This document shows positions 1 through 7,921 of a DNA stretch of 64,000 nucleotides, piece by piece. A model generated the notes under the pieces. That model was not told where the DNA came from. It saw only the letters and a program-made list of their open reading frames with translations, and did not search any database. The position numbers and the translations under genes were made by a program. Source of the DNA: an uncultured Nanoarchaeota archaeon (GTDB taxonomy: Archaea > Nanobdellota > Nanobdellia > Pacearchaeales > GW2011-AR1); the NCBI GenBank assembly GCA_963743615.1, contig CAVUQF010000001.1:43411-107410 (forward strand), written 5' to 3'. Positions within the stretch are counted from its first letter, which is position 1; each line of letters opens with the position of its first letter.

Positions 1-520
1 AACCAAAGATTTCTCTAAGATAATCAATTAATATCAAAACCATGCATGACGCAGTTGTTCCAGCACTTCTTATTGGGCCCGAAAAATATGCTGCAAAATA
101 TTCTTTTCCTTCTTTAGTTTTGAGTAATTTTAACTCTGTAAATCCCTCTATAGGAGAAGAGACCACCCCCAAGGTAATATATGCAAACCCCAGTCTTACT
201 CCTGCTTCGATAGCCTGTAAAGTATTTGAAAATTGGCAAAATTTCTGCTTAGCAACTTCTTCCGAAATCTTAAAGGCCACAGCCGTATCTAATTTTCCAT
301 AATCTTTTTCAAGCTCAAGTATTCTATCAATAATATTTTTATTAGAAATTTGGGGATAAACCGAAGCAATCAAACCAACAGCTTTCTCCGCTAAACTCTT
401 TGCCAAAGGAGATTCTACTTTAGAAACAGGATCTAAGCCCTTTTCTCTTGCAATCTCTGCAACAGTATAATTCTCTTTTATTGCTTTATCTAAATCTCTA
501 AAATAATCTATAGTAAGCAT
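1..520 (-). CDS. polC: DNA polymerase D large subunit DP2, N-terminal part (runs off window)
   Basis: Manual translation from ATG at 520: MLTIDYFRDLDKAIKENYTVAEIAREKGLDPVSKVESPLAKSLAEKAVGL..., matching the DP2 N-terminus (A..KGLDP...VE.PLA..LAE); directly downstream of DP1. Not in the ORF track because it is truncated. Confidence 0.93.
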   Translation of the reverse strand, partial: MLTIDYFRDLDKAIKENYTVAEIAREKGLDPVSKVESPLAKSLAEKAVGLIASVYPQISNKNIIDRILELEKDYGKLDTAVAFKISEEVAKQKFCQFSNTLQAIEAGVRLGFAYITLGVVSSPIEGFTELKLLKTKEGKEYFAAYFSGPIRSAGTTASCMVLILIDYLREIFG

Positions 521-522
521 TT

Positions 523-2085
523 TTACTCAAAATCTAGAATTTTTATTCCCCCTGTTTTAAGATTATAAATAGGAACTTTACAGAAGTCCGGCTCATTACC
601 TACTTTTTCTTGGAAAACTGTTTTTGCTTCCCAGGCAGCACCAGAAACAAGGAGAGTATTATTGTAAAAAGAAATGGCACATTTATGAATATGACCTGAA
701 AGAAAAATATCGGGTACTTTATCGATAACCAGCGGGTCTTCCTCAAGAGGGAAATATTGAGCAGAGGCATGAGTTGGTGCCAAATGCCTGTTCATCAGAA
801 GATAGGCCATTATTTTATCCGGAGAATTCACGGAATTAGCTTTAATCAAAGAGGGTACATTATCCGCGTAATAGAAATAAGAAAAGCCATGATAAAGGAG
901 TATATCAATTCCGGAAAATCCTTTTTGCTCTCCGATCTTTACCCAACAGGGATTAGTCGCCAAAAAGACATTTTCTAAGTTATAAATAGACTGAGCATAT
1001 TTCTTATCAAGTATAGGCTGAGGCTCCATAAGTCTAACCCCATCGTGATTTCCTGGAGAGATAATTATTGCAATATCTTTCCTTATTTTTGATAATAAAT
1101 TCGCAATCCCCTTAAACTGCCCCTCTAGATCACCAATCTCCAAATCTCGCTCTTGTTCGGGATAAACCCCAATTCCCGCTACAAGATCGCCGACAATAAA
1201 TAAATATTTTATTTTTTTAACCTCGGGAGTGTTGGGGATATCTCCATTCAGATAATTGATAAACTTGTCAAAATTTTCATGAAAAAATAATTTACTTCCA
1301 TAGTGGACATCTCCAATAAAAATAGCATATTCTTCCACGGGAGACTTTTTCTTTTCTGGTAAAATCGAATCAGGAAAAATAATTTCATTGGCAAAAATAA
1401 TTTCTTTATTCCCAGAACCAGAAATGCCCACTATTGAATCCAAACAGAGCTCTTCCGCCTTTGTATAAAGGGCAGGTTTGTTCTGATTTACCAGTACTCT
1501 CAAAGTACCTGTTAGGTCTTCTACTTCTAAGAGAAGATTTCCATTTTTAGTTACTTTCTTATCTGAAATAATCCCAATTATTGAAAATCCCTGTCTATCC
1601 CCCGAGATTTTATTTATAGAAACAAGATTTTTCAGATTTGGATGTGATTGCAGAATGGATTTCATTTTAAAAAATCGATTCCTAAAATAGTTTACAAAGT
1701 CTTCAACTTCTATCTTCTTATTTGAACTTGTATTGTATGAAGAAATCTTGATATTGTATCTATCCTTATCTATTACCTCTTTAGAAATTTTTTCTAAAGG
1801 TATGGTTGAAACTTCTTTTGATATTTCTAATTCTAATCCTAGTCTAATTCTCAACTTCTCAAGATTTTTTTGGCTATTCTCTGGTAAATTTGGCGAAGAT
1901 AACTGTCCAATGCTCTCCACAAACACACTTTTTGTTATAATTTTTTTGTGAGTGCTTTCCTGGATATTCTCAATCATCAATTTAATGGAGTCCAAATCTG
2001 TAGATTCACTAAATAAGTTTAATACTTCCTTATCTAACAAAATTCCTTTCTGCAGACAAAAGTTCAAAATTTCTTTCTGATCCAT
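523..2085 (-). CDS. polB: DNA polymerase D small (exonuclease) subunit DP1
   Basis: OB fold (LLEVEDLTG) plus calcineurin-like phosphoesterase motifs GDVH, PGNHD, YHG, HLAP, GHIH; lies between cdc6 and DP2. Confidence 0.95.
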   Translation of the reverse strand: MDQKEILNFCLQKGILLDKEVLNLFSESTDLDSIKLMIENIQESTHKKIITKSVFVESIGQLSSPNLPENSQKNLEKLRIRLGLELEISKEVSTIPLEKISKEVIDKDRYNIKISSYNTSSNKKIEVEDFVNYFRNRFFKMKSILQSHPNLKNLVSINKISGDRQGFSIIGIISDKKVTKNGNLLLEVEDLTGTLRVLVNQNKPALYTKAEELCLDSIVGISGSGNKEIIFANEIIFPDSILPEKKKSPVEEYAIFIGDVHYGSKLFFHENFDKFINYLNGDIPNTPEVKKIKYLFIVGDLVAGIGVYPEQERDLEIGDLEGQFKGIANLLSKIRKDIAIIISPGNHDGVRLMEPQPILDKKYAQSIYNLENVFLATNPCWVKIGEQKGFSGIDILLYHGFSYFYYADNVPSLIKANSVNSPDKIMAYLLMNRHLAPTHASAQYFPLEEDPLVIDKVPDIFLSGHIHKCAISFYNNTLLVSGAAWEAKTVFQEKVGNEPDFCKVPIYNLKTGGIKILDFE

Positions 2086-2101
2086 TTTAAGATTATAAAA
2101 T

Positions 2102-3328
2102 TTACAAAGATTCTTTGATAATTTCTTTGGCCTTCTCTATAATATCACTTGTAACTGCTAATTTAATTTCCCTCATTCTGCCCCCTCTCCCCTTGGAAAT
2201 AACCCTAACATTGATTATACCCAACATATCAAACTCTTGAATGATATCACTCACTCTTCTTTGAGTCAAAACTTCTAACTTGCTTCTTACGCACTCTTTA
2301 TAATAGTTATAAATATCCCCTGTAAAAAGAGGCTCGGGAGACCTGTTCTTTTTAGTGGCCTCTCTGCTTCTCTGCTCAGAAAGCTGAATAATGGAGTGTA
2401 AAACATATTGAAACTGTTTGGGTTCTGAAGTAATTACATCTAAGATTTTATCCTTCTCTATCTTGTTATTTGCTTCATCAATATGCTTTAACTGAATTTT
2501 ACTTGAATTCTCCCTCTCTGCCAATTCTCCCGCCACTCTCAGTAGATCCAGCGCTCTCCTTGCATCACCATGTTCTCTCGCAGCAAAAGCAGCACATTTT
2601 GCAATTACTCCCTCTTGGAGGACAGTTTCTTTAAACGCAAAGTCTGCCCTTTTTTTCAAAATATCTTGCAATTGTAAGGCATTGTAAGGCGGAAAGATTA
2701 TTTCCTCTTCAGAGAGAGAACTTCTAACCCTCGGGTCTAATTCGTCTAAAAAGGTTAAATTATTACTAATTCCAACAATACAAATCTGTGCCTTAGAAAG
2801 TTCCGAGTTTAATCTAGTAAGATTATACAAAAAATCACTTGATATCTTCTTAACTGCCTGATCAATTTCATCTAGTATTAGGACTATGAGCTGCTTTTCG
2901 GAGTCTATTATTTTTATAAATCTATTATAAACTGCTTCCGTAGGAAGACCCGTATCTGGAACCTCTCCCCCTAGTTTTTTGATTAATTCTGCCAAGATCC
3001 TATATTCTGTGTCAGAAACTTTTCTTAATTTACAATTAAGATACTCTATCCTAAGTTTGAAATTAGTGTTTCTTAGGGCTCTTTTAAGTAGTTCATCTCT
3101 TACATATTGGATAGAAAGGGTTTTTCCTGTACCTGTTTTACCATAAAGAAATAGATTACTCCCCTTTTCTCCCCTTAAAATAGGTGCAAGTATTGATGCA
3201 ATTTGTTTTATTTGATCATCTCTATGGGGGATCTCTTCTGGTTGATAGTTTGTTTGTAAATAGGTCTTATCTTTGAAGATAGTATTTTTATCAAAGGATT
3301 CAAAGATCTTATCCAATTCTAAAGCCAT
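2102..3328 (-). CDS. cdc6: Orc1/Cdc6 replication initiator
   Basis: Walker A GKTGTGKT, Walker B LDEID, RVRSSL, HGDARRALDLLR, C-terminal wHTH with SKGRGGR. Confidence 0.97.
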   Translation of the reverse strand: MALELDKIFESFDKNTIFKDKTYLQTNYQPEEIPHRDDQIKQIASILAPILRGEKGSNLFLYGKTGTGKTLSIQYVRDELLKRALRNTNFKLRIEYLNCKLRKVSDTEYRILAELIKKLGGEVPDTGLPTEAVYNRFIKIIDSEKQLIVLILDEIDQAVKKISSDFLYNLTRLNSELSKAQICIVGISNNLTFLDELDPRVRSSLSEEEIIFPPYNALQLQDILKKRADFAFKETVLQEGVIAKCAAFAAREHGDARRALDLLRVAGELAERENSSKIQLKHIDEANNKIEKDKILDVITSEPKQFQYVLHSIIQLSEQRSREATKKNRSPEPLFTGDIYNYYKECVRSKLEVLTQRRVSDIIQEFDMLGIINVRVISKGRGGRMREIKLAVTSDIIEKAKEIIKESL

Positions 3329-3330
3329 AA

Positions 3331-3573
3331 CACACCCACACTATTGTTTCCCATGGAAAATTAAATTCATTTAGTTTTATATTCGTGGAATAATGAAATT
3401 ATTATATAAATGATTATAACTACTTGAAAAGAAAAACACCTCAATTTCTTATGGAAAGCCTTAATAATAATAAAGAATCTATATACTATATTATATATAT
3501 ATTTTTAAATAAATAATATAAATAAAAAACTTAAAATTTCTTTTTAAATATTTCTATAAGAAATGAGGGGGTG
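3331..3573. promoter_or_regulatory. Replication origin oriC: three ORB-like boxes and an AT-rich unwinding element
   Basis: Minus-strand TTTTCCATGGGAAACAATAGTGTGGG (3335-3360) and TTTCCATAAGAAATTGAGGTG (3437-3457); plus-strand TTTCTATAAGAAATGAGGGGGTG (3551-3573). The latter two are inverted around a ~90-bp almost pure A/T tract, immediately upstream of cdc6. Confidence 0.85.
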
Positions 3574-3661
3574 AGAGTGTTAAATGAAAATAAAGAGTAA
3601 TTTACATTATATAGTACTCTCTCACAGAAAAGTTTATATATCGTTTGCTTTTAATTCCATA

Positions 3662-3919
3662 ATGCAAGAAAAAAATCCCTTCAGTGTCATTGTGGGAAAG
3701 ATGATTGTAACAAAAGAGGGTAAAAGACTAGGTTTTGTCAAGGATATAACCTTCGAAACAAGGTCCGGAGAGTTAATTAATGTAGTAGTAAAAGACTCTA
3801 CCCCCTACACAAGAAATCTAAATCTGGAAAGAACAGGTAGTAATGATTTGTTAATCCCCTATAACTCTATCATTGCGATAGGGGACTTTGTTATTGTTTC
3901 TGAAGAAGATTTAGTTTAA
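3662..3919 (+). CDS. PRC-barrel domain protein
   Basis: VGKMIVTKEGKRLGFVKDITFETRSGEL...IPYNSIIAIGDFVIV is the archaeal PRC-barrel signature; start moved to ATG 3662 (TATA-like TTTATATA upstream). Confidence 0.88.
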   Translation: MQEKNPFSVIVGKMIVTKEGKRLGFVKDITFETRSGELINVVVKDSTPYTRNLNLERTGSNDLLIPYNSIIAIGDFVIVSEEDLV

Positions 3920-3974
3920 TTTCTGTGAGAATAAGTATAAAAAGCTTTAAAAAACCATTAAATCATTAATCACC

Positions 3975-4394
3975 ATGAAACTCTTAAGTTTTAACTTTAA
4001 TAAGATAAGTATAGAAAGATTGTCAAACAAAGCTGAGGACCTCAAGGCTAGTGCTAATCTAGAGATCAAAGAAGTAAATTCTCTAAAGTCTAATGGACTT
4101 TTAAAGACAAATAATGATCTCATAGGAGTCAAATTTCTTTATTCTATAAAATATGAACCCAATTATGCAGCCATTGAATTTTTAGGAGATGTAATTCTTG
4201 AAGTTGAGCCTAAAATGGCCAAAGAGATAGTAAAGGACTGGAAAGATAAGAAAACCTCCGAGGAGTTTAGGGTATTTGTATTCAATGTTATCTTGAGGAA
4301 GTCAGACATAAAGGCTCTTGAATTAGAAGACGAATTGAATCTTCCATTACACCTTCCATTAAGTTCTATACAAAAAAGCGAGCCAGTAAAGTAA
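3975..4394 (+). CDS. Conserved archaeal hypothetical protein (possibly SecB-like fold)
   Basis: 139-aa ORF with beta-rich N-half and C-terminal helix ending LNLPLHLP; own TATA-like box upstream. Confidence 0.65.
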   Translation: MKLLSFNFNKISIERLSNKAEDLKASANLEIKEVNSLKSNGLLKTNNDLIGVKFLYSIKYEPNYAAIEFLGDVILEVEPKMAKEIVKDWKDKKTSEEFRVFVFNVILRKSDIKALELEDELNLPLHLPLSSIQKSEPVK

Positions 4395-4430
4395 GAATAG
4401 ACTTTTAAAAGAATAATTCTATCCTATTAC

Positions 4431-4697
4431 ATGAAAATCTCAACTGAAAAAAGGGAGAAGATCTCAGAACAGATACTTTCTTTCCTCTTTTTTAACTCCC
4501 CAAGGCTGTTTTTTACTTACGAGATTGCTAAAGAAGTGGCAAGGGATGAAGAGTATATTAAAGACCTTCTTTTGGAGCTTAAAGATAAAGGACTACTTGT
4601 CCAAGTAACAAAGAACCAGGAAGGAAACTCCTACAAACGAAGAATTAGATGGAAACTAACAGATCAAGCATATGATGCTTACAAGGCACATCTTTGA
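4431..4697 (+). CDS. Small winged-helix DNA-binding protein
   Basis: FTYEIAKEVARDEEYIKDLLLELKDKGLL..., RRIRWKLT wing pattern. Confidence 0.75.
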   Translation: MKISTEKREKISEQILSFLFFNSPRLFFTYEIAKEVARDEEYIKDLLLELKDKGLLVQVTKNQEGNSYKRRIRWKLTDQAYDAYKAHL

Positions 4698-4737
4698 TTA
4701 TAATTAACTTTTTATATCCCAAAGATACCTCTTTCTT

Positions 4738-5406
4738 ATGGATCTTCTTAAAGAGGCATTCGGTAAAGTAAAAGAGGATATAGACTCTCTCAGAACGCAA
4801 ATTCTCTCATTAAATAAAGAACTTAGTGAGATAAAATTCAGCTTAAATAAGCTTATTTCTACAAAAAAAGAGATATTAATAATGGAAGAAGTTCCAACAG
4901 ATAACAAGGTAAACAAGATAGATAACGAGCAGATTCCAACACAAAATACCCCCTATAGCCCCCAAAAAGCTCAAAATAGCACTATCTCCACTGGAAATGA
5001 AGGGGTTCCAACAAACAAACCAACAAACAAACCAACAAACCAACAAATAGAAAAAAAGGAGATAGAAGAGAATTCTTTAGATAATGCCCTTAAAATCCTT
5101 AATTCCCTAGATAGTATTAGGAAAGAAGTTAGGCTAAAATTTAAGGATCTTACGGATCAAGAATTCCTTGTTTTTTCAACCCTCTATGAAATTGATGAAG
5201 AAACCGGAAATGTGGATTATAAAACTCTTTCAAAAAGGTTAAACTTGAGTGAAAGTTCCATAAGAGACTATATCGGGAAACTAATAAAAAAGCAGATTCC
5301 CGTCAACAAAATTAAAATAAACAATAAAAATATTAAACTCTCAATTTCCCAAAATCTCAAGAAGATAGCCTCCCTGGATGTAATTTTGAAATTAAGAGAG
5401 CTATAA
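4738..5406 (+). CDS. Coiled-coil + low-complexity linker + C-terminal wHTH protein
   Basis: N-terminal heptads, PTNK repeats, C-terminal LTDQEFLVF...YKTLSKRLNLSESSIRDYIGKLIKK HTH. Confidence 0.8.
   Translation: MDLLKEAFGKVKEDIDSLRTQILSLNKELSEIKFSLNKLISTKKEILIMEEVPTDNKVNKIDNEQIPTQNTPYSPQKAQNSTISTGNEGVPTNKPTNKPTNQQIEKKEIEENSLDNALKILNSLDSIRKEVRLKFKDLTDQEFLVFSTLYEIDEETGNVDYKTLSKRLNLSESSIRDYIGKLIKKQIPVNKIKINNKNIKLSISQNLKKIASLDVILKLREL
4986..5006 (+). promoter_or_regulatory. ORB-like sequence inside a coding region
   Basis: CTCCACTGGAAATGAAGGGGT: TCCA-C-TGGA dyad followed by a G-string, the canonical archaeal ORB layout. Confidence 0.6.
5008..5047 (+). repeat. 12-bp tandem repeat CCAACAAACAAA (about 3 copies)
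   Basis: ccaacaaacaaa ccaacaaacaaa ccaacaaac caacaaa immediately after the ORB-like box. Confidence 0.85.
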
Positions 5407-5559
5407 TCTCTCTTTCTCAATTATTCTTCTCACCGAATAGATTTCCAACCCTCTCAACCCTTACTTTCCCCTATTTGTTCTCTCTTTTTTTCTTTACACT
5501 CTAATTATTCCTTTTCTTCATTTAATTACCTCTCACTTTATTTGATTTGCTCCTCTTTT

Positions 5560-6180
5560 TTATTCACCTTTCTTACCCTTTTTATCTTTTTCCTCTTTGC
5601 TAACTCTCACTTTTACTCTTTTTAGCATCTTTTCTTTCATTTCTTCAGGTACAAATACCCTCTTTTTACCATTTTTTTCGATTGACTCTTCTATCAAACC
5701 CTCACTTTTCTGTTTTATTGTGTTTATTTGCCCCCTAATTGTGGATCTTTCCTTTCCCAACATAGCTGCTAAATCATCATAGCTAAGTCTCATATCAGAA
5801 TTCAAGAGTACCCAAAGTATTGCTCTTTCTGTTACAGAAAATTGGTCTAATCTAGGTGTTTGAACAGCTGTTTGAACAGCTGTTTGAACAGCATAAACAG
5901 CTGTTTGTTTATTAAACAGCTGTTTGGGTGTTTGTGATTTTGGACTCATCTTAATCTCCCCCATAAAAGAAATTATATTTTTTATCCCAGAAATTTCTTC
6001 TTTAATCGACGATAAATCCTCTTTTAACTCTTCTAAATTCTTTTTAGTAGCCTCTTTTTCGGAATCTAAGTATTTTACCCAGCCATTAATTGAAGTTATA
6101 TCTTTTTTGACAGATTCAAAACCCGATTTAGTATCTTTTTTTAGTCCCTCAACCTCTTTTTTCTTAAAAAACCAAAACAT
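5560..6180 (-). CDS. Coiled-coil + QTAV-repeat linker + C-terminal wHTH protein
   Basis: N-terminal heptads, (V)QTA repeats, FSVTERAILWVLL...LSYDDLAAMLGKERSTIRGQINTIKQK HTH. Confidence 0.8.
   Translation of the reverse strand: MFWFFKKKEVEGLKKDTKSGFESVKKDITSINGWVKYLDSEKEATKKNLEELKEDLSSIKEEISGIKNIISFMGEIKMSPKSQTPKQLFNKQTAVYAVQTAVQTAVQTPRLDQFSVTERAILWVLLNSDMRLSYDDLAAMLGKERSTIRGQINTIKQKSEGLIEESIEKNGKKRVFVPEEMKEKMLKRVKVRVSKEEKDKKGKKGE
5855..5934. repeat. Array of AACAGCTGTT palindromes (12-bp periodicity) inside a gene
   Basis: Perfect palindromes at 5863-5872, 5875-5884, 5895-5906 (AAACAGCTGTTT) and 5914-5925, plus a partial copy at 5887. Confidence 0.9.
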
Positions 6181-6318
6181 GAATATACTTATAAAACCTA
6201 ATTTAAAAATCTTTCGTCGTATTTTTATCTAAGGGGGGTAAATCCCTGAGGTGTTTTTATTATTTAATAAGATCTGAAGAAGATTAGTTTTTTTCAAATT
6301 TTTTCAAATTTTTATGGC

Positions 6319-6355
6319 AAACAGGCTGTTTAAACACCCACAAACAGCTGTTTAA
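6319..6355. promoter_or_regulatory. Intergenic copies of the AAACAGCTGTTT palindrome (putative binding sites)
   Basis: AAACAGGCTGTTT (6319-6331) and AAACAGCTGTTT (6342-6353) in non-coding DNA upstream of the 5560-6180 gene. Confidence 0.7.
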
Positions 6356-6553
6356 AATTTCAATATCTTTTTTGTCATCGAGAAAAAAATTGTCCTAACT
6401 AAAATAAAATATTATTAACTAACCTCACCTTAGTGCACAATGGCCCTCAGAGTCTAGATATATTAAATAAAAAAGGGGTCTCAAGGTAAGTATTTACTGA
6501 GAAAAGTTTATAATTCAGTTATTTCTAATACTCTTATAAAAGGAGGTAAAAAT

Positions 6554-6730
6554 ATGGCAAAATTATCAGCTTGGATTTTCACAATTATAGGAGTAGTCAT
6601 GATCCTTGGCCTTTTGGGATTGGGATTTGACTGGTCCACGATGTGGGTCCAATGGGTTCTTGCAGTTCTTGTACTGATTTTAGGTATAAGCAAATTAGCA
6701 AGAAATTACAGCATGAAGAAGAAAAGATAA
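6554..6730 (+). CDS. Small two-TM membrane protein (58 aa)
   Basis: MAKLSAWIFTIIGVVMILGLLGLGFDWSTMWVQWVLAVLVLILGISKLARNYSMKKKR*, preceded by AGGAGGT; below the ORF-track size cutoff. Confidence 0.8.
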   Translation: MAKLSAWIFTIIGVVMILGLLGLGFDWSTMWVQWVLAVLVLILGISKLARNYSMKKKR

Positions 6731-6847
6731 ATCTCCTTTCTTCAAAACTTTTTCTTTTAATTTTTTATTTATACAAACCGTACCTTAATGCATGAAGGTC
6801 AACTTTATCATCTAAATTTTTAAAAAGTTTGATTGTTCCTGTCAAGC

Positions 6848-7291
6848 ATGAAACAAGAAACTCAAAATCTAATAGTAAGTCCATGGGGAGTTTATTTTCA
6901 TTTTAGGGCGACAGGAATAGGGAAAATTGCCTGGGATCACGAAATGTATCTCGGCCTCAGATATTCTGGCAGTCAATCCATCCCCGTAATCTGGCCTTCA
7001 AAGTCTGTTGAAAGATTTGATTCCCCTTTAGAAGCGCTAGACTATTACCTCTCCAAAAGCTCAGGATATGATCGGGAAGGGTTAATTAAAAGTTTTTTAG
7101 TAAGTTTTCCAGGTGAAAAAGATAATCTAGAAATGCTACTTTCACAAAGCCAACCTAAGTGCACAAATCTTCATCTAATAAGTTATGAGCCTCCTGCAAA
7201 AGATAGATTTCCCCCTCTTATGCAAAGACAACCGGGATATGTAGGGGGGAGGGAGCCTAAATCCCCTAGTCTTTCAACAAAAAAATTATAA
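6848..7291 (+). CDS. Hypothetical protein
   Basis: Open frame with ATG 6848 and TTTAAAA upstream; no recognisable motif. Confidence 0.55.
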   Translation: MKQETQNLIVSPWGVYFHFRATGIGKIAWDHEMYLGLRYSGSQSIPVIWPSKSVERFDSPLEALDYYLSKSSGYDREGLIKSFLVSFPGEKDNLEMLLSQSQPKCTNLHLISYEPPAKDRFPPLMQRQPGYVGGREPKSPSLSTKKL

Positions 7292-7425
7292 TTTCCCGTA
7301 TAAACCCGGTTTATGCGTAAATACTTCGTACAACCTATATTGCCACTACTCAGAACAACAGAAAAATGAGAAGTCACTAAAAAGTTCTTACGCACTTTTT
7401 TATATTAAAGAGTTAATTTGGCTCT

Positions 7426-7899
7426 ATGATCATTAAGTGCAAGAATTGCGGAGAGGAAACTGAACATGAAGCAAAGGGTTATTGTCATAAGTGCTATATT
7501 AAACTTGCTTGGAAACCTAAAGAAAAAGAATGTAAGAGGTGCAAAAGAATTCTTCCTCTAAAAGCTAAGGGTTTGTGTGGGGGATGTTATAATACTATTT
7601 TTATGTTGGAAGTAACAAAAGACCATAATCACAGATTAAGACATAACATAGATTCTGACTTATATAATAAGATAACAAAAAGTTGTGCAATTTGTAGTTT
7701 TGACAAAATAGTTGATTTGCACCATTTGGATGAAAACAAAGCTAATAATTCAAAAGACAACCTGGTTGGACTTTGCCCAAATCATCATAAAATGTTTCAT
7801 GATTTAAGATATAGAAATGAGATTGCTAAACAACTAAGAGAAAAAGGATTTAATTTTAAAGAAGATATCAAGTGGAGTTTTATTCCTAAATTCTTATAA
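7426..7899 (+). CDS. Zn-finger + HNH endonuclease-like protein
   Basis: Multiple CxxC pairs, then CAICSF...DLHHLD...NNSKDNLVGLCPNHH HNH motif. Confidence 0.8.
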   Translation: MIIKCKNCGEETEHEAKGYCHKCYIKLAWKPKEKECKRCKRILPLKAKGLCGGCYNTIFMLEVTKDHNHRLRHNIDSDLYNKITKSCAICSFDKIVDLHHLDENKANNSKDNLVGLCPNHHKMFHDLRYRNEIAKQLREKGFNFKEDIKWSFIPKFL

Positions 7900-7921
7900 A
7901 CAAGTTCGCACAATCCAATAT

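Noticed and set aside
42..302. Plus-strand 86-aa ORF and the many short antisense ORFs across the r-protein clusters
   Set aside because: Shadows of well-supported genes on the opposite strand
5855..5934. CRISPR array
   Set aside because: Repeats are 10-12 bp, abutting, without unique spacers, and in-frame in a gene; no cas genes in the window
6291..6310. TTTTCAAATT tandem duplication
   Set aside because: Two copies of a low-complexity AT-rich 10-mer; not distinguishable from chance
6508..6693. Minus-strand 61-aa ORF
   Set aside because: Antisense to the SD-led membrane-protein ORF at 6554-6730
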